From the NCBI GenBank assembly GCA_030324005.1, contig JARDVH010000115.1, forward strand, positions 33,389,478-33,453,477: a stretch of DNA of 64,000 bases. The letters are read 5' to 3'. Source of the DNA: Negaprion brevirostris (Eukaryota). Shown here in pieces: positions 25,279 to 39,430 of the stretch. The notes beneath the pieces were generated by a model. It was not told where the DNA came from. It made no database searches and was given only the letters and a program-made list of their open reading frames with translations. Position numbers and translations under genes: made by a program. The first letter of the stretch is position 1. Each line of letters opens with the position of its first letter.

Positions 25279-26049
25279 GAATGGAAGACAAATCAGCGAT
25301 AACATCCTCGTGCCGTGGTGCAATGTGAAAATTAGCCCCATTGATGTCCCAAACTTGCTTCATAATTATCCACTGGAGAAATTATTATATTGTACCAAGT
25401 TTACTTGGGGAAAAAAAACATAAATGTGGACACGGGATAATAGGAGAAAGTGATGAAAAAAGTATAACAAAAATGTCATTGTAGGAAATCAAGGGGTACA
25501 GACAGTAAATAAATTTAGATACATAATTACTAATTTAAATCTTACATCCATGCACACTTTGCATTGATGTTTTTCCATTATAAATTCCTACATCCATATT
25601 TAACATGGAAACTCTAGTCCCTCCACAGGTTGGAGGATTTAATTATCACATGAAAAGTTACTTCAGGATTAACAGTGGAAATGTGAAAACAGGATGTCTG
25701 ATTTTTAACAATGAGGACCGAATTACATCTCTGTGCCTCATCCAATCTTTTGTATACTATACATAATCATAGGGCATATTCTGTACATAGTAGATTTGTT
25801 TCTTCATATTTGTGGAATTTTATACTTGTGCTAAAGTCAGTTTCTACATTAGCTGGAGGATTATATTTCACTTTGTGAAAGTGAGTGTATCATGAAGCAG
25901 GAAGATGGAGCAGAGTTTGTAAGTAACAAATTTGCTTTCAAAGAGGAAGGATAATTTATGCAAATATGAATGTTTGGTCTAGTGGGGAAGAATTGAAATC
26001 TAGAGGAAGAGAGGTAAAAACTTGCTGTGGAAAGCAGTTTCTTAAAATA

Positions 26050-26695
26050 ATTGTTCGTTCATGAGATGTGGCTTTTGCTGGAATGGTTGGCATTTATCAC
26101 CCATCCTTAATTGCCCTCGAGAAGGCGATGGTGAGTTGCCTTCTTGAACCGCTGCAGTTCACACGGTGTAGGAATACCCACAGTGCTGTTATGATGGAAA
26201 TTTCAGGATTTTGCCCGAGTGGCAGTGAAGGAATAGTGTTTTTTAATTCCAACTCAGGATGCTGTGGAGGGGAGCTTAACAATAGTGGTACTTCCATGCA
26301 GCGGTACTCTTGTCCTTCTGAGTGGTAGAGGGCATGGGTCTGAAAGGTGCTGTCAAAGGAGGCTTGCTAAGTTGCAGTAATGCATCTTGCAGATGGNNNN
26401 NNNNNNNNNTATTGTGTGTTGAGGGAGAGAATGTTTAAGGTGGTGGATTGGATGGCAAATAAGCCGGCTACTTTATTGTCCATCCCTGAGGGCAGTTAAG
26501 AATCAACCATATTGCTGTGGGTCTGGAGTCATATATAGGCCAGACCAGGCAAGGACAGCAGGTTTTCTTCACTAAAAGACATTAGTGAACCAGATGGGTC
26601 TTTACAACAATGGTTTCATGGTCATCTTTAGATGTTTATTGAATTCAAATTTCACCATCTACCGTGGTGGGATTTGAACTCAGATTTGAACCTAT
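26050..26695 (-). mobile_element. CR1/L2-group LINE 3' end joined to a second-family tRNA-SINE
   Basis: Matches copies at 430-965 and 5464-5815. Confidence 0.75.
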
Positions 26696-27538
26696 GGACC
26701 TTTCCACGATCCGCCCCTTGCCCACTCCGATTCCCATGGCGGGTGGAACAGGAAAATTCACCTCACAGACCCTGGGATTCTGGCATTCAAAAAAAACTAA
26801 CAAAATAGCAGAACTGAAAAAGAGTTGCACTTTAAAATAAATATACCAGGAGCCAGAGTCAAACCTCTGTCTTGAGAAGGTAGGGCTAACTGGAAGTGGT
26901 GCCAATACCATAAACAAATGATCCTGGATACGTGGTGAAATTTAGGTGAATGGAACTGACACAAAAAAAACAAAGGTAAGAGTTTAAAAAAAAGAAAGAC
27001 CAGAATGGGAACAGGATGAAAAAAGAAAATCAAAGGCAAGAGAAAAAGCAACTGACAATGTGTTTCTAAGGAAGGACAAAGATGAACAAGATGGATCCAG
27101 CCTTCCCACATTTCCACTGAATACAGCAAAACAAGTTAGTACTCCAGATCTCTAACCTTCCATACGAGGCTGGTGGATCACAATCAACTTCACGTGAATT
27201 TTGGTCAGGGGGGTGGGGGCGGAGATGGGCAGAAGAAAAAAAATTAACAGTCAACTTTTTCAGTTTTGTCAAGAATGTTCATTATTCAAACAGCCAAAAT
27301 ATCTTTGTTCATTGGACCCCAACATATAGAAGATGTATCGTGATAACCTACCATTAGGCAAAATTGCATTACATTGTGAATTGGCTTTCTACGAGTTTAG
27401 CTTCGGCAATTGACCACAAACTAAACCTGGTATCCTTAAATGGAAATTCTGACTGATCAGCATGACTTGTGTTGATTGATAGACTGGGGCCCATAATCCA
27501 GTGCAATTTCAAGGCAGATATTTTTTGGTTGAGACAGT

Positions 27539-27881
27539 GGGGCACAGTGGGTAGCACAGTGGTTTGCGCTGCTGCTTCACAGCTCCAGGGATCTGGGTTC
27601 GATTCCCGGCTTGGGTCACTATCTGTGTGAAGTCTGCACGTTCCCCCTGTGTCTGCGTGGGTTTCCTCCAGGTACTCCAGGTTCCTCCCACATTCCAAAG
27701 ATGTGTGGGTTAGGTTGATTGGCCATGCTAAAATTGCCCCTTAGTGTCCTGAGATGCGTACGTTAGAGGGATTAGCGGGTAAATGTGTAGGGATATGGAG
27801 GTAGTGCCTGGGTGGGATGGTGATCGGTGCAGACTCAATGGGCCAAATGGTCTCTTTCTGCACTGTAGGATTTCTATGATT
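27539..27881 (+). mobile_element. V-SINE (HE1-like), full length, tail A
   Basis: A/B-box head, V-core and CR1-like tail. Confidence 0.9.
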
Positions 27882-27889
27882 AAAATGAA

Positions 27890-28132
27890 AGCAGTTTCCA
27901 CCCCATCATGTACTTTAAAGAAAAGCAGCAAAGTTCCTCCCAGAGTCCTAGTTGATATTTTCAGTTATATGCCAGTCTGAGGTTGCTGTGTGTGGGACCT
28001 TGCAGTGTGCAAACTGGGTGCCACATTTGCTACAATAATAACTGCACTCCCAAAGCATATTCATGAGCTGTAGTGCATTTAGAATCATTTGGCAGCTGTG
28101 AAAGATGCTATATAAATTCAAAGCTTTCTTTG
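27890..28132 (+). mobile_element. Deu-domain SINE 3' part
   Basis: tgctgtgtgtgggaccttgcagtgtgcaaactggg..gtgaaagatgctatataaattcaaagctttctt. Confidence 0.65.
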
Positions 28133-28464
28133 GCTTATGAAATCTCAACCAACAGAATATCAACATGTCTCCCTACTCACCTCACATTCCTTCACAGAGG
28201 AAACAAAAGCTTCTAATTTAATTACTGATAACACTGAATGGGTGTGTTTAGTGCACTTGGATGACATTTCTTGGACTATTTTAATAGCGTTGTTAAAAAC
28301 ATACACAATGGGACATTGTATTAATGCTTTCAGTAATTAGCTGCAACAGCTGTTATTTTTAATCTATAGGGGATTTCTCCGATATATCAAACATAAATAT
28401 TCTATTAAATAATGAAATTTGTTACATATTTGATGCCCAAGTTAATGCAATTAAGGTATCCTAC

Positions 28465-28482
28465 CACTTTGTGTTTTTGTCT
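28465..28482 (-). CDS. AKT1: AKT1 coding exon 4, 3' end only (...RQKHKV); remainder lies in N-gap 28483-28684
   Basis: AGA CAA AAA CAC AAA GTG|gtagga matches the human exon end KPKHRV, phase 0, and lies between exons 3 and 5. A 148-nt exon would start near 28612, inside the gap. Confidence 0.85.
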
Positions 28483-28764
28483 NNNNNNNNNNNNNNNNNN
28501 NNNNNNNNNNNNNNNNNNNNNNNNNNNNNNNNNNNNNNNNNNNNNNNNNNNNNNNNNNNNNNNNNNNNNNNNNNNNNNNNNNNNNNNNNNNNNNNNNNNN
28601 NNNNNNNNNNNNNNNNNNNNNNNNNNNNNNNNNNNNNNNNNNNNNNNNNNNNNNNNNNNNNNNNNNNNNNNNNNNNNNNNNNNNAAACAATGCGTCTTCA
28701 ATGCATTTAATCATCTTGGGGTTTCTTTTGAAAACAAGAGGAACATTTAAATGTGTAACAGACT

Positions 28765-29680
28765 ATGGAACGGCGACCTTGAGTCCACCGTTCACGCGAG
28801 TGCCAGCAGGGGCTCAAGATCCAAAAGTCGCAGTCCTTGTCAGTGAGAATGTGATTACACACCTTCCCCCCGCAAAGCCAGCGACATCATCCGGTTCACA
28901 CTCATAACGGGCTGGATTTGAATAAGCTTTGATATAATTAACCAACACCCCCCCCCCCCTCGCCAAAGGTTGACACCCCTGCTGTATATTGACACGGTGC
29001 CAATGTGACAACACATCAGCGCGGTTTACAAAAAGTTCATCCCTAGATGCGAACCTGTCATGAGGATTCTCGCTGATAAGTATGGTTCCCGGGGAGGAGC
29101 ATGGCCAGGCAGTGCCCTGGCCATGCCCCTTAGCACTGGTTGGCATTGCCAGGGTGATACTATGCTCATGCTAACCTGACAATGCCATCATGTGCTAAGG
29201 GGCGGAAGCCTCATGTGCATGGTGGGGGGGATACATTTAGATATTGTCGAGGCTGGGAGCGGACGGAGAAGCTGGGGTTGCTAGCGTGGGAGGGTGGGGG
29301 AGGCGGGCAATGACCAGGGGGTGTTGGGGAGAAGGGGCCGAGGGGCTGCGGCGGGGGAGATGGTTGTAGGGACGAGGCTGATGATCACCTGGGGATGATG
29401 TAGAGAAGCGCTGACTCCAATGGCCGGCTGGTGGTTGTTTACTCAGGTTATGATCAGAACGCCCTTTAAAGTTCTCTGTGCAGCCAGGTGTTGCAGCGTG
29501 TTGAGGATCCCCCTCCCCTTACATGTTGGCATGAATACCACCCTGCACCCCCCTCCCCCCTGACTCTTTTGGCAGAGCGTGGAAAGATCTGAAGAGGAAA
29601 CCAGCCTGTTTCTCCGGAGAATTATGCCTGCTTTCTTGCTGGATACAACAGTCTGCCATATTTTGATAAGAATTTGCCCA
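28765..29680. mobile_element. GC-rich non-autonomous DNA-transposon-like element
   Basis: Right end ..gccatattttgataagaatttgccc resembles 13980-14006; G-rich interior. Confidence 0.45.
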
Positions 29681-29984
29681 ATATTTTAACTGAACTCTTC
29701 ATCAAGAAGCATCTTCTATTTCAGATAAAATGATAAGTAGCTAAACTGCGACCAATTCTATCGAATGCTTGGCTTTGTCCCCTAACTAAAACTAGTTTTT
29801 AGAACCTGAAGTTGCTATATCTTCTGCATCAAAGCTGCAATCAAAAATTGGTTTTTAAAAAAAAAGCTCCCTACGTTTCCAGGCCATTAGAGATGGGAAC
29901 ATTTTTCTGTCATAGTGATTAATGAGGTGAGATTTACAGCCACAATAAACGACTGCAGATTATGTATATCCCCTTCCAGGACTG

Positions 29985-30290
29985 AAGAAAATCGAGGCTG
30001 GCACATCAATCCAGCACTGAAGAAGTGTTGCATTGTCATGTTTGGCATGAGACATTAAAATGAGGCCCTACTCAGGCAGACATATATATATATATATAAA
30101 AAATACAGCACTCTGTTGAAGAGCAGCAAGAGAGTTATCCTGGTCAATCGACATCACAAAGACAAGTCGTTTGATGATTCCCACGTTGCTGTTCCCGAAG
30201 TTTGGTAGATGCAAAATTGGCTGCCTTGCTGCAATAGTGGCGACACTTCAAAAGGACTTAATTGGCTATAAAGCAGTAGGAGATGCCCAG
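29985..30290 (+). mobile_element. Deu-domain SINE with an internal (TA)n
   Basis: gagacattaaaatgaggccc..gaagagcag..caaaattggctgcc..acacttcaaaag. Confidence 0.65.
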
Positions 30291-31458
30291 TGGCTGTTGT
30301 CTTTCCTCTTTCAATGGGGGCTTGGTGTACAACGGCAGCCAGCCACAAACAATTCTGCAGCATTTAAAACATCAAATCTGAGGTAAAACAAAATATCTAT
30401 CCCCCTATCCGTGACTCCAGCAAGAGAAACATGTTTCTTCTTTTCTCCAGTTCTCCCTTATTATTTCAGACTGTTTTCCCATTACAATTTTTACTTTCCT
30501 GATTTCCACTCTTCTCTGTTCTTGCTTCCTTTCATTTTCTTTATCTATCCAAATGATGAGGTCTTTTTTTGACTTCCTTCTCCAAAATGCTGCATCAGTT
30601 TCAACAGGAAATGCTTTCCCAAAACCAGTAAATGGCCAAACAGGTTAGGGGAAGGCACCTGGTACTCTTTCTTGTGGTAAGAAACCGTTACATTGAATGC
30701 TGGGCTCAGCTACTTTCCCTTTATCTAACTCAGTGGCTACATGCCCATGTTTCAAAGAGCGCTGCTGTTGGGGATACGGCCACACACGTCACTAACAGCA
30801 ACAGTTACTGGGGGAACAAACAAAAAACATCGAATCACTCTCTTGCCGCGCGAAAAGGATTGAAATATCAGCCTTCGGGTTCATAATGCAAGTCACTTTC
30901 ACCTTTCCCCCTTATGTACATTTACATTGTTCATACAACTTTAGAACTGTAAACTAACATTTCAACAATGCATCAGAGACAAAAGCTGAAAGTTAAATGG
31001 TAGAAGTTAATGACTAGAAAATTTGTAAGCAGTGTTATAAAAGGCTAGGATTGATTCATAGAAATTATAGCACAGTAGTGTCCATTCAGCCCATCAGATT
31101 CATACAAGAACTGGCATTTCAAGTGGAAATGATATTACGTCCTTTTTCTTCTTCTCCTCATATTATTTTTAGCAAAAACTTAACTGATTCTCATTTGACT
31201 GAGTTGTTGTCACTCCACAGTCAAGCCACAAAGTACATAATTTTCTAATAAAAATGTGAAAAAATATTCTTGCAACTGTCCCCTTCCATTCCTGTAGTAA
31301 TGGTTCTTTCATGACCAATGTGACCCTTTCAAAAACTTGAAACATCACTATTGGACCTTACACCTTTCTGTCCCAGTAAAGACATCTTAATTTTTCAATG
31401 CCTTCATAATCTCATCAGTGTATAATTGAAGACCATATGGAGTTGCTTAAAGTCCTTT

Positions 31459-31779
31459 CACAGAATCTTACTGTGCAGAAGGAGGCCATTCAACCCATCA
31501 AATCTGCACCGATCACAATCCCACCCAGGCCCTATCCCCATAACCACATGCACTTACCCTAGCTAGTCCCCCTGACACAAGGGGCAACTCAGCGTGGCCA
31601 ATCCACCTAACCTGCACATTTTTGAACTGTGGGAGGAAACCACAGCGCCCAGAGGAAACCCACACAGACACAGGGAGAATGTGCAATCTCCACACAGACT
31701 GTGACCCAACCTGGGAGTTGAACCCGGGACCCTGGCGCTGAGAGGCAGTAATGCTAGCCACTGTGCCATCGTGCTGCCG
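31459..31779 (-). mobile_element. V-SINE (HE1-like), full length, tail A
   Basis: Head, V-core and tail all present. Confidence 0.9.
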
Positions 31780-32067
31780 CACAATCTAAAACTTTGATCT
31801 AAAACCATACAAGAAAGGAAAAGTAGCGAAGTTAGTCAATATTCTTGGAAGACATCAACAATACACTAATGGTGACATTAGACTTCAGCTTTCTTTAAAA
31901 ATATTTCAGTAGCAAAATAACTTTTAAGAATGAGGAAGTAATACACTGGCCATGTATTATTAACTCATTTGCTTGTGTTAACATTTTTGTGCTGTTAAAA
32001 AAAAGCAACCTCCTCCTGCTGCTCAGTATTGTTTGCTGATAAACACACATCCTTTACTAAGACATAC

Positions 32068-32179
32068 CGTTGCTCTGGGGTATCAACATGAAATGTTCGT
32101 TCAATTACTGTAGTCCACTGGAGACAGCGGATGATAAATGTGTTTGATTTTGGTCGCTCCGTCTTCATCAGTTGACATT
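32068..32179 (-). CDS. AKT1: AKT1 coding exon 3 (PH domain): [38 protein letters not shown]
   Basis: Manual translation; gttag| acceptor and |gtatgt donor; 112 nt. Missed by the ORF track. Confidence 0.97.
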
Positions 32180-32947
32180 CTAACGGAAAGATGAAATTAG
32201 CTTGAAAATGACATTTCTAAACATTGTACTTTCACTTGACTTCCACTGCCAGGCATCATTAATAAATACAACTCTGATAACAAGTCTCTCAGTTCCAATC
32301 TCCAACTCCACATTTCAACTGGCAGGAAGTTCAACCCAATGCTTCCCTCGTCCGTGGGAGCTGGGCAGCAGGCAACACAGGGAAATTCAGCCTTGATCAA
32401 CTGGTACATCTAGCCTGATCAAATCAACAGAAATACCCTCCAGCATATCGCATGACATTCCAAACAAAAAACAGATCAAATGAAGGGGGGAGGGAGAAAA
32501 AAAACCGGAAAAACAGGATTTATATACAAACAAACATCGAACAACCTGAATGACTTTTAGGTGGCAGCAATTTTATTAGATTTGCAGTTTAGTATACACA
32601 GAAAATTATTTGGAAATGAAGGTTAAAGGGATAATATGGAATGAAAGAAAAAAACTGGAAAAAAATGTTGGCAGCTAACACAGAAGGCCACAACAGGAGA
32701 TGTTAAACTATATGATGGGCAGGGCTATATCTAAAAACTACTCACTTTGCTGGCATTTTGTGGTTCATGAGACTTTGCCATTGTTTCAATCTTATCTTTG
32801 GCTGAATTTATGCCCTATGAACGTTAGCTCTGCCACACCCCGAAAGCAGTTGTCTACATTTACCCCTAACCCTCCTCACTGCAATCTGCCAGTACTGACC
32901 TCAGCCTCTTCTATATTCCTCTCCATTTGCCCCATGAACAATGATGT

Positions 32948-33217
32948 TTAAAGTTTAACTTTATTAGTGTCACAAGTAGGCTTACAATAACACTGCAATG
33001 CAGTTACTGTGAAAATCCTCCTAGTTGCCACATTCTGGCAGCTGTTCAGGAGCACTGAGGGAGAATTTAGCATGGTCAATGCAAACTAACCAGCATGTCT
33101 TTCAGACAGTGGGGGGAAACCAGAGCACCCAAAGGAAACCCACGCAGACACAGAGAGAACGTTTAAACTCTGGGTCCCTGGCATAGTGAGGCAGCAGGAG
33201 TAACCACTGTGCCACCC
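32948..33217 (-). mobile_element. V-SINE, tail B, internally deleted
   Basis: tttattagtgtcacaagtaggcttac tail; V-core. Confidence 0.8.
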
Positions 33218-35299
33218 GGATTTTGTGTTGGTAAATCTCTGGTGCCATACTAATGCCAAAAAGCAATGTCTTGTAGTGGTAAAATCTACAACAAGTGATA
33301 AAAGTGGCCATTTTCCTTGAATCAGGTTGAGGCTCCTGCTGGCAGTACCCCCACTTAAAAGACTCATTTGGAAAATACCTTGGTTGTTGACAGCTCTTTA
33401 AACACTGGTCGCAGAGTGGGAATTGGGCGATGTTCTCTCACTACCACTTCAGCCACCTGTTACACGTCAGCAGAGAGTTTAATGTCACATTTGGTTTAGG
33501 CATGACCACAACAGGGTCCTTTAACTGGCTCAATGATGCCTCGATCGATCAGTTCCTCGAACATTGCTTCCACTGTTCCTCTCAGACGAAACATGTTCTG
33601 TGTGCACGCTGAACTCTGGGCTCCACGTTCTTGCCAATGGTTAATCTCACTTCGTTGTTGTGTAACTTCCCATTTCCTTGAAACACTGGTCTAAATGCCT
33701 GCCTGAGCTTTATATAGGGTTTCAGAGAATGCACTTTCAATCTGATGTGTAACTGTCCCCCACTCCAACACCCACCACCACCCCCCCCCCGCTCCCACCC
33801 TCCAACACTCGGGCAGCTTCCCTGCTTAGTAGAAGCTCGCCATCTTTCTCAATCACTACAGATTCCGCTTCTCCTTTCCAAAACCCAGCTCTCATTTCTG
33901 CAAAGAAGCGTCCAATAATTTGAAGTGGGATGTTAGATATGTAAGAATAAAGCTTTGCGGCACATTTTTGAGGTTCATTGTCTTCTGTTCCTCCCACAGT
34001 GCTCTCTTGGTGACATTATAGTCACTGCCTGAATTTACAATCTTGCTCACTTCACCAATCACTGGACCTTTGTCGTGGTAGACAGACAACACGTATCCCC
34101 GATTGCTATTTGTGTCCTCACTCTCTGCATCCTCTTCGGCTCATCTCACAATTGTGCTACTTTCATCTCTCCTTTGTGTGGTTTGACAGATTTCCCCCTG
34201 TTCAGGTTTTACTATTGCACTCCTTGGCAAAATGCTCTTTGCCCACACATTTTCCAAACATATCCCTCACGGTAGGGCAGCAAGTATCTTTTCCAAAGGT
34301 TCCCAAATTGTCACATTCCAAACACTCACTCTCAGAGTTTCACTGCTTACACTTCTGGATTCTGCTGTGCTATTCCATTATCTTCCACTTTTATCTTGCC
34401 AGTAGCAGAGATGGGAACCAGTGAAATTTCATGCTGTGAAATTATCCGTCCGCTGCCCCCAATACAGCTGCTATTTTCAAAATACCATCCAACATTAAGT
34501 TACATTTTTCCAACAGCTTGCACTCCAACTTTCCCAACTTGCAACATTGGAGTGCCTGATCCATTACCTGGCTATTCAAATTTGTTGCAAAATAGTTACA
34601 TCCCTCCAATGCCTGGACCTCAAACGGGTCACAAATTCAGTTTCTGTTCCCCTTTCTTCTGTCTCAACTGACAGAAACACGCCTTTGGAACGTGATGTTT
34701 AGCGTCGCCATGTAATCCTTCAAAAGATTTCATCACACATTCATAATCCACCTCTCCTCCTGCCTCAAGCAACCTCTTGAAGCTTTCCCTCACCATCCGA
34801 ACAACAATAAGGTCCATTGCTGGGCTTTATGCGTCAGATCAGCTATCAGCACACACCTCAGACTCCTCCAGCCACCTTTTCCAGTTCACACTGACAGTAC
34901 TGGCAGCACCCGCCAGATCAAACACCTCAATTCCCCAGGTGGCAGACATTACCAGCTCCAGCAAACGCCCACGACACAATCCTAAATATCTCAGTATTCA
35001 TCCTTGTCACCAAAGTCATATCTCAGGCTAAAGGAGTAACATTCAGGGTCACAAATTTAGCTGCAAGTGTCACTTTGCTTAATCTGTTGGCTAACTTCTG
35101 GCCACATATTATCTGATGCTGGTTGACCGGCATCAGTATGCAACATTTGCTACTGTACCCGAGTACCCAAAGGCATTTGGTTACCTTTATGACAATTACT
35201 GCACATTTGAGAAAAGTACAATCTAACCAAGGACAGTCAACACAGATTTGTAAACGGCGTGTCATGCTTAATTATTTCCATTGAATTCTTGGAAAAATT

Positions 35300-35670
35300 A
35301 GAGTATAAACAAAGAATGCACTGAATTTAGATTTTCAAAAACTGTTTGGCAAGGTGCCACAAAAGGGACTTGTCGCATAAATTAAAGTTAATGATATTCA
35401 AGGATAAAGGAATGGCTGAAGGATAGAAAGCAGAGGCTACGACTAAATGAATGCTCTTGTACTGCCAAAATGTACAGGGGCGTGCCCATGGATGTTGTGT
35501 CGGAACCTCTCTTGTTCGCAGATAAACAAATGACTTGCACAACAGCAATAATGATATTCAATTTCACTCATCTTAAACTGTGGGAAAAATTGCAGGAGAT
35601 CACAAGACGTGTCAGGCAGAGTAGGGAATTTGGCAGATGAGTGCCAAATACAATTCAACACACATAGACA
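35300..35670 (+). mobile_element. Old CR1 RT remnant
   Basis: ttagattttcaaaa..aaggtgccaca (LDFQK.FDKVPH-like) and tggcagatgag..aattcaac motifs. Confidence 0.55.
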
Positions 35671-35699
35671 GAAGCCGTACTTTTCCAGGGGTGAGCATG

Positions 35700-35938
35700 G
35701 GGCTAAGACTACTCTCCCCCCCACACCACTGACTATCCTGTCTACCACTGTGCCCACCCTGACTGCCTCCACACCCAATGCTCCTGCCTACACCCCCCCC
35801 CCCCCAAGCATCTCCCTCAACCCATGACTATCCCCCCGACCCCGTCACCCACCCACCCTGACTATCTGCCCAGTCCCTTACCCAACCCCCCCAACCGTCC
35901 CCCACCCCCCTCCTGACTATCCCCCACCTCCTCATCTC
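35700..35938. repeat. C-rich degenerate tandem repeat (ctgactatccc-like units) abutting a gap
   Basis: Recurrent gactat/gactgc followed by C-runs. Confidence 0.7.
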
Positions 35939-38365
35939 NNNNNNNNNNNNNNNNNNNNNNNNNNNNNNNNNNNNNNNNNNNNNNNNNNNNNNNNNNNNNN
36001 NNNNNNNNNNNNNNNNNNNNNNNNNNNNNNNNNNNNNNNNNNNNNNNNNNNNNNNNNNNNNNNNNNNNNNNNNNNNNNNNNNNNNNNNNNNNNNNNNNNN
36101 NNNNNNNNNNNNNNNNNNNNNNNNNNNNNNNNNNNNNNNNNNNNNNNNNNNNNNNNNNNNNNNNNNNNNNNNNNNNNNNNNNNNNNNNNNNNNNNNNNNN
36201 NNNNNNNNNNNNNNNNNNNNNNNNNNNNNNNNNNNNNNNNNNNNNNNNNNNNNNNNNNNNNNNNNNNNNNNNNNNNNNNNNNNNNNNNNNNNNNNNNNNN
36301 NNNNNNNNNNNNNNNNNCTCACCTAACTCTGAGTATCCCAAGGCCCCAAAGCTCTGGAAATCCCACCCTACATCTCATCACCTCTGTCAGCAAACTTTGA
36401 GCATCTGATTGACTATCTCCTCGTGACTCTGTGTCAAATTTTATTCCATACTGCTTCTGTAAAGCCCTTTGGGAAATTGTTTTCTATAAATGAGGGGCAT
36501 GACTATGGGGTAAGCGGTGCCATTTGTCCTTCCTTTCCAACATCTATGACTTTGAATGATAATATTTGAATAAACGTCACTGTGCATCTTGACCACACCA
36601 AGATCAATGGAAGGTCGTCATGTCCCTTAAAAGGGTGGGGGGAAGCTGGTTTTAACTGCACGTGGCATCTGGCTTAATGAGGATTGGAAATAGACCTATT
36701 ACTAGGAGAGGACTGAACAAAAAAAAAGGGCTATGGTAGCAAATACAACAAAACTTGAAAAGATCCATGCAAAAAAGAAGTGTTAAAATGACTGTATATT
36801 AAAGTAAGGTGAAATATGCCTTTCAGTTTATTTGTGAACTATACACACGGTTGACAGAAGGAAATAAAGCAAGATTGATACCTTACTTCAACTACAAAAT
36901 CAATCTCTTTCCTTGCATGCAGGTTTGCAGTTTGCTGATGTGGCAGTCTACAGATGCAAACAAGATAAACAAGAATTCTATCTACTAATAACCATTACAA
37001 ATCAAGAGTGTCATACAGGAAACCTTTGTCGCATGGAACAATATGCTGCCTAATTAGCCATTTCTATCATTATAACCACATTATTAGATCATACGCTAAC
37101 TTCAAATCTTTTGGCTAACAAGAACCACAAATGCTGCACGAACACCAATATTCTGATTCAAAACAGAACTCAACACACAGTTATTTTGCTATACACTGAC
37201 AGTTAAGAATAACCAATTTTTTTCTAGTATTGTCACCAGTTTTGCAATGATCAGGACAAAGCACGCAAGGTACAAACAGTAGCCATTTAAGGCAATGACT
37301 TTCAAACTTTTCCAAGAAGGGTCCCGTGCTAACACACTCCCAGGCGCCTGCTCTTGGGAATCCTATTTTTAACATAACCAAAGAGCCCACGTCACACAGG
37401 CCCTGAAGTACTCATTCAATTTTCCCTGATGGAGTCCAAGGTGCATTTAGCTCCCTTTCTTTGTCCGACTCTTAGCCGACTAGTGAAAGCTAAGCAAATC
37501 TGCCAATATCATTTCAAACCCTCATGAAATTAGTCTTTTTCAATCCAAGTGTGAGCACCCAACTGGGTGGTGAAGCATAAAGGCTTCTGGCCTTCAGCTG
37601 CTCCCTCTTTCCCAGATCCTGGCAAACAGCCTGAAATTATCTTAGAAACATTTCCATCTCAAAGTTCACTTTAATGGCAACATGAATCACACAGGCCTTG
37701 TATCCAGGTGGAAATGTTGCTTAACTACTCGCGAGACCACAACCCTCTTTAATCCTGAAGTAAATGGACAGTTTAAAACATAACTAATTACAATCCAACA
37801 TTCTCAACACTGCCCTGGGACTTGAGACCAGCAGTATACCCATTGTAAACATAGATACTGCTGTCATTGCCTTCAAGTGTGAATACCTTATACCTTTGTT
37901 CCAGCAAAACAATTCGGGTTTTCATTTTCAACAGCCATGTCACCCAATCGGTTGCCAGGTAGACTTTAGAACAGGTCACATGACTCTCTTCATTTTACCT
38001 TAAATTTAGAGAAAAAAATCCCAAAACATAACAATCTTATAGGTCTCACAATTGTAACACCTGAAAGCCACCAGAAGTACCTCTAGCCCCTGTACCATGT
38101 AAGATGAGGCCGTTCAGATAGTCACACATACTTTCAGAATGTTGCGATCGGTAAATGGGAGACTATTTTTTTAACAGAATTGAGATCATCAGGTAGAACT
38201 TGCCTTTCGATGTTACAAACTGAAACTAATACAAACAAATTGACCTGTGGACAGCTTCATTCAGTGATCTGTTTTTCTTTGAATATTTTAGTTTTATTTT
38301 TTAAATTTTACATTTTCAAATACTGAGGAGGCAAAGATGAGGACGAAAGGTTAGGTCATACGTAC

Positions 38366-38494
38366 GTGCTACAGAGAAGTTATTCAAAGGTGTCTCCAGT
38401 TGGTCTACATCTTGTGGCCTCTCTTTATAACCAATAAACGTACCATCAGTCTTCAACAAAAAATACCTGGGCCTCCATGTTTTTATGTATTCTC
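38366..38494 (-). CDS. AKT1: AKT1 coding exon 2 (PH domain): (G)[42 protein letters not shown](Q)
   Basis: Manual translation; ttccag| acceptor and |gtacgt donor; 129 nt, phase 1-1. Missed by the ORF track. Confidence 0.97.
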
Positions 38495-39430
38495 CTGGAA
38501 ATACAGAAAAGCAGAATCATAATGAATATCAACCACAAAGAACATGCTCAAAACAGGCAATCCTTGAATCTCCATGGTTTGACTTGCACAGATCTCAGAG
38601 AGACATTTTAAAATATGTACAATGGCCTCAAATCCACAGCTTAGGTAAACCCACTAAATATAGAACCACAGAACCCTACAGTGCANNNNNNNNNNNNNNN
38701 NNNNNNNNNNNNNNNNNNNNNNNNNNNNNNNNNNNNNNNNNNNNNNNNNNNNNNNNNNNNNNNNNNNNNNNNNNNNNNNNNNNNNNNNNNNNNNNNNNNN
38801 NNNNNNNNNNNNNNNNNNNNNNNNNNNNNNNNNNNNNNNNNNNNNNNNNNNNNNNNNNNNNNNNNNNNNNNNNNNNNNNNNNNNNNNNNNNNNNNNNNNN
38901 NNNNNNNNNNNNNNNNNNNNNNNNNNNNNNNNNNNNNNNNNNNNNNNNNNNNNNNNNNNNNNNNNNNNNNNNNNNNNNNNNNNNNNNNNNNNNNNNNNNN
39001 NNNNNNNNNNNNNNNNNNNNNNNNNNNNNNNNNNNNNNNNNNNNNAGAGAGGCCCTGTCATTCAAATACGATTGGTGGGCTGGGGGCACATCTGGGACTC
39101 TCTTCACAAAGAGAACGGAAATCCCTGCCTAAGGATCTTGGATGTGTCCACATTATAACAATTAAATAAAACCTTATTCTTCGAGTCTCCAGGCCAGAAC
39201 AGTGACCAGCACATTAATCCAACCTTAAATGAAGTAGAGCTACTGTGTTTAGTTCCTATACAGTTCGTCCAAAACTAATTCACTACCAATTGCTTAATTT
39301 TAGTATTTCACAATGAGTAAGTTTTGGAAAATAAATCTTTTGAACCCATCATGAATAGTCTAGATAAACATCCTACCAAATTAGTGGCCTTGTAACTTTT
39401 CATTTCTAAATGACTGAATCCCATTTTAAC

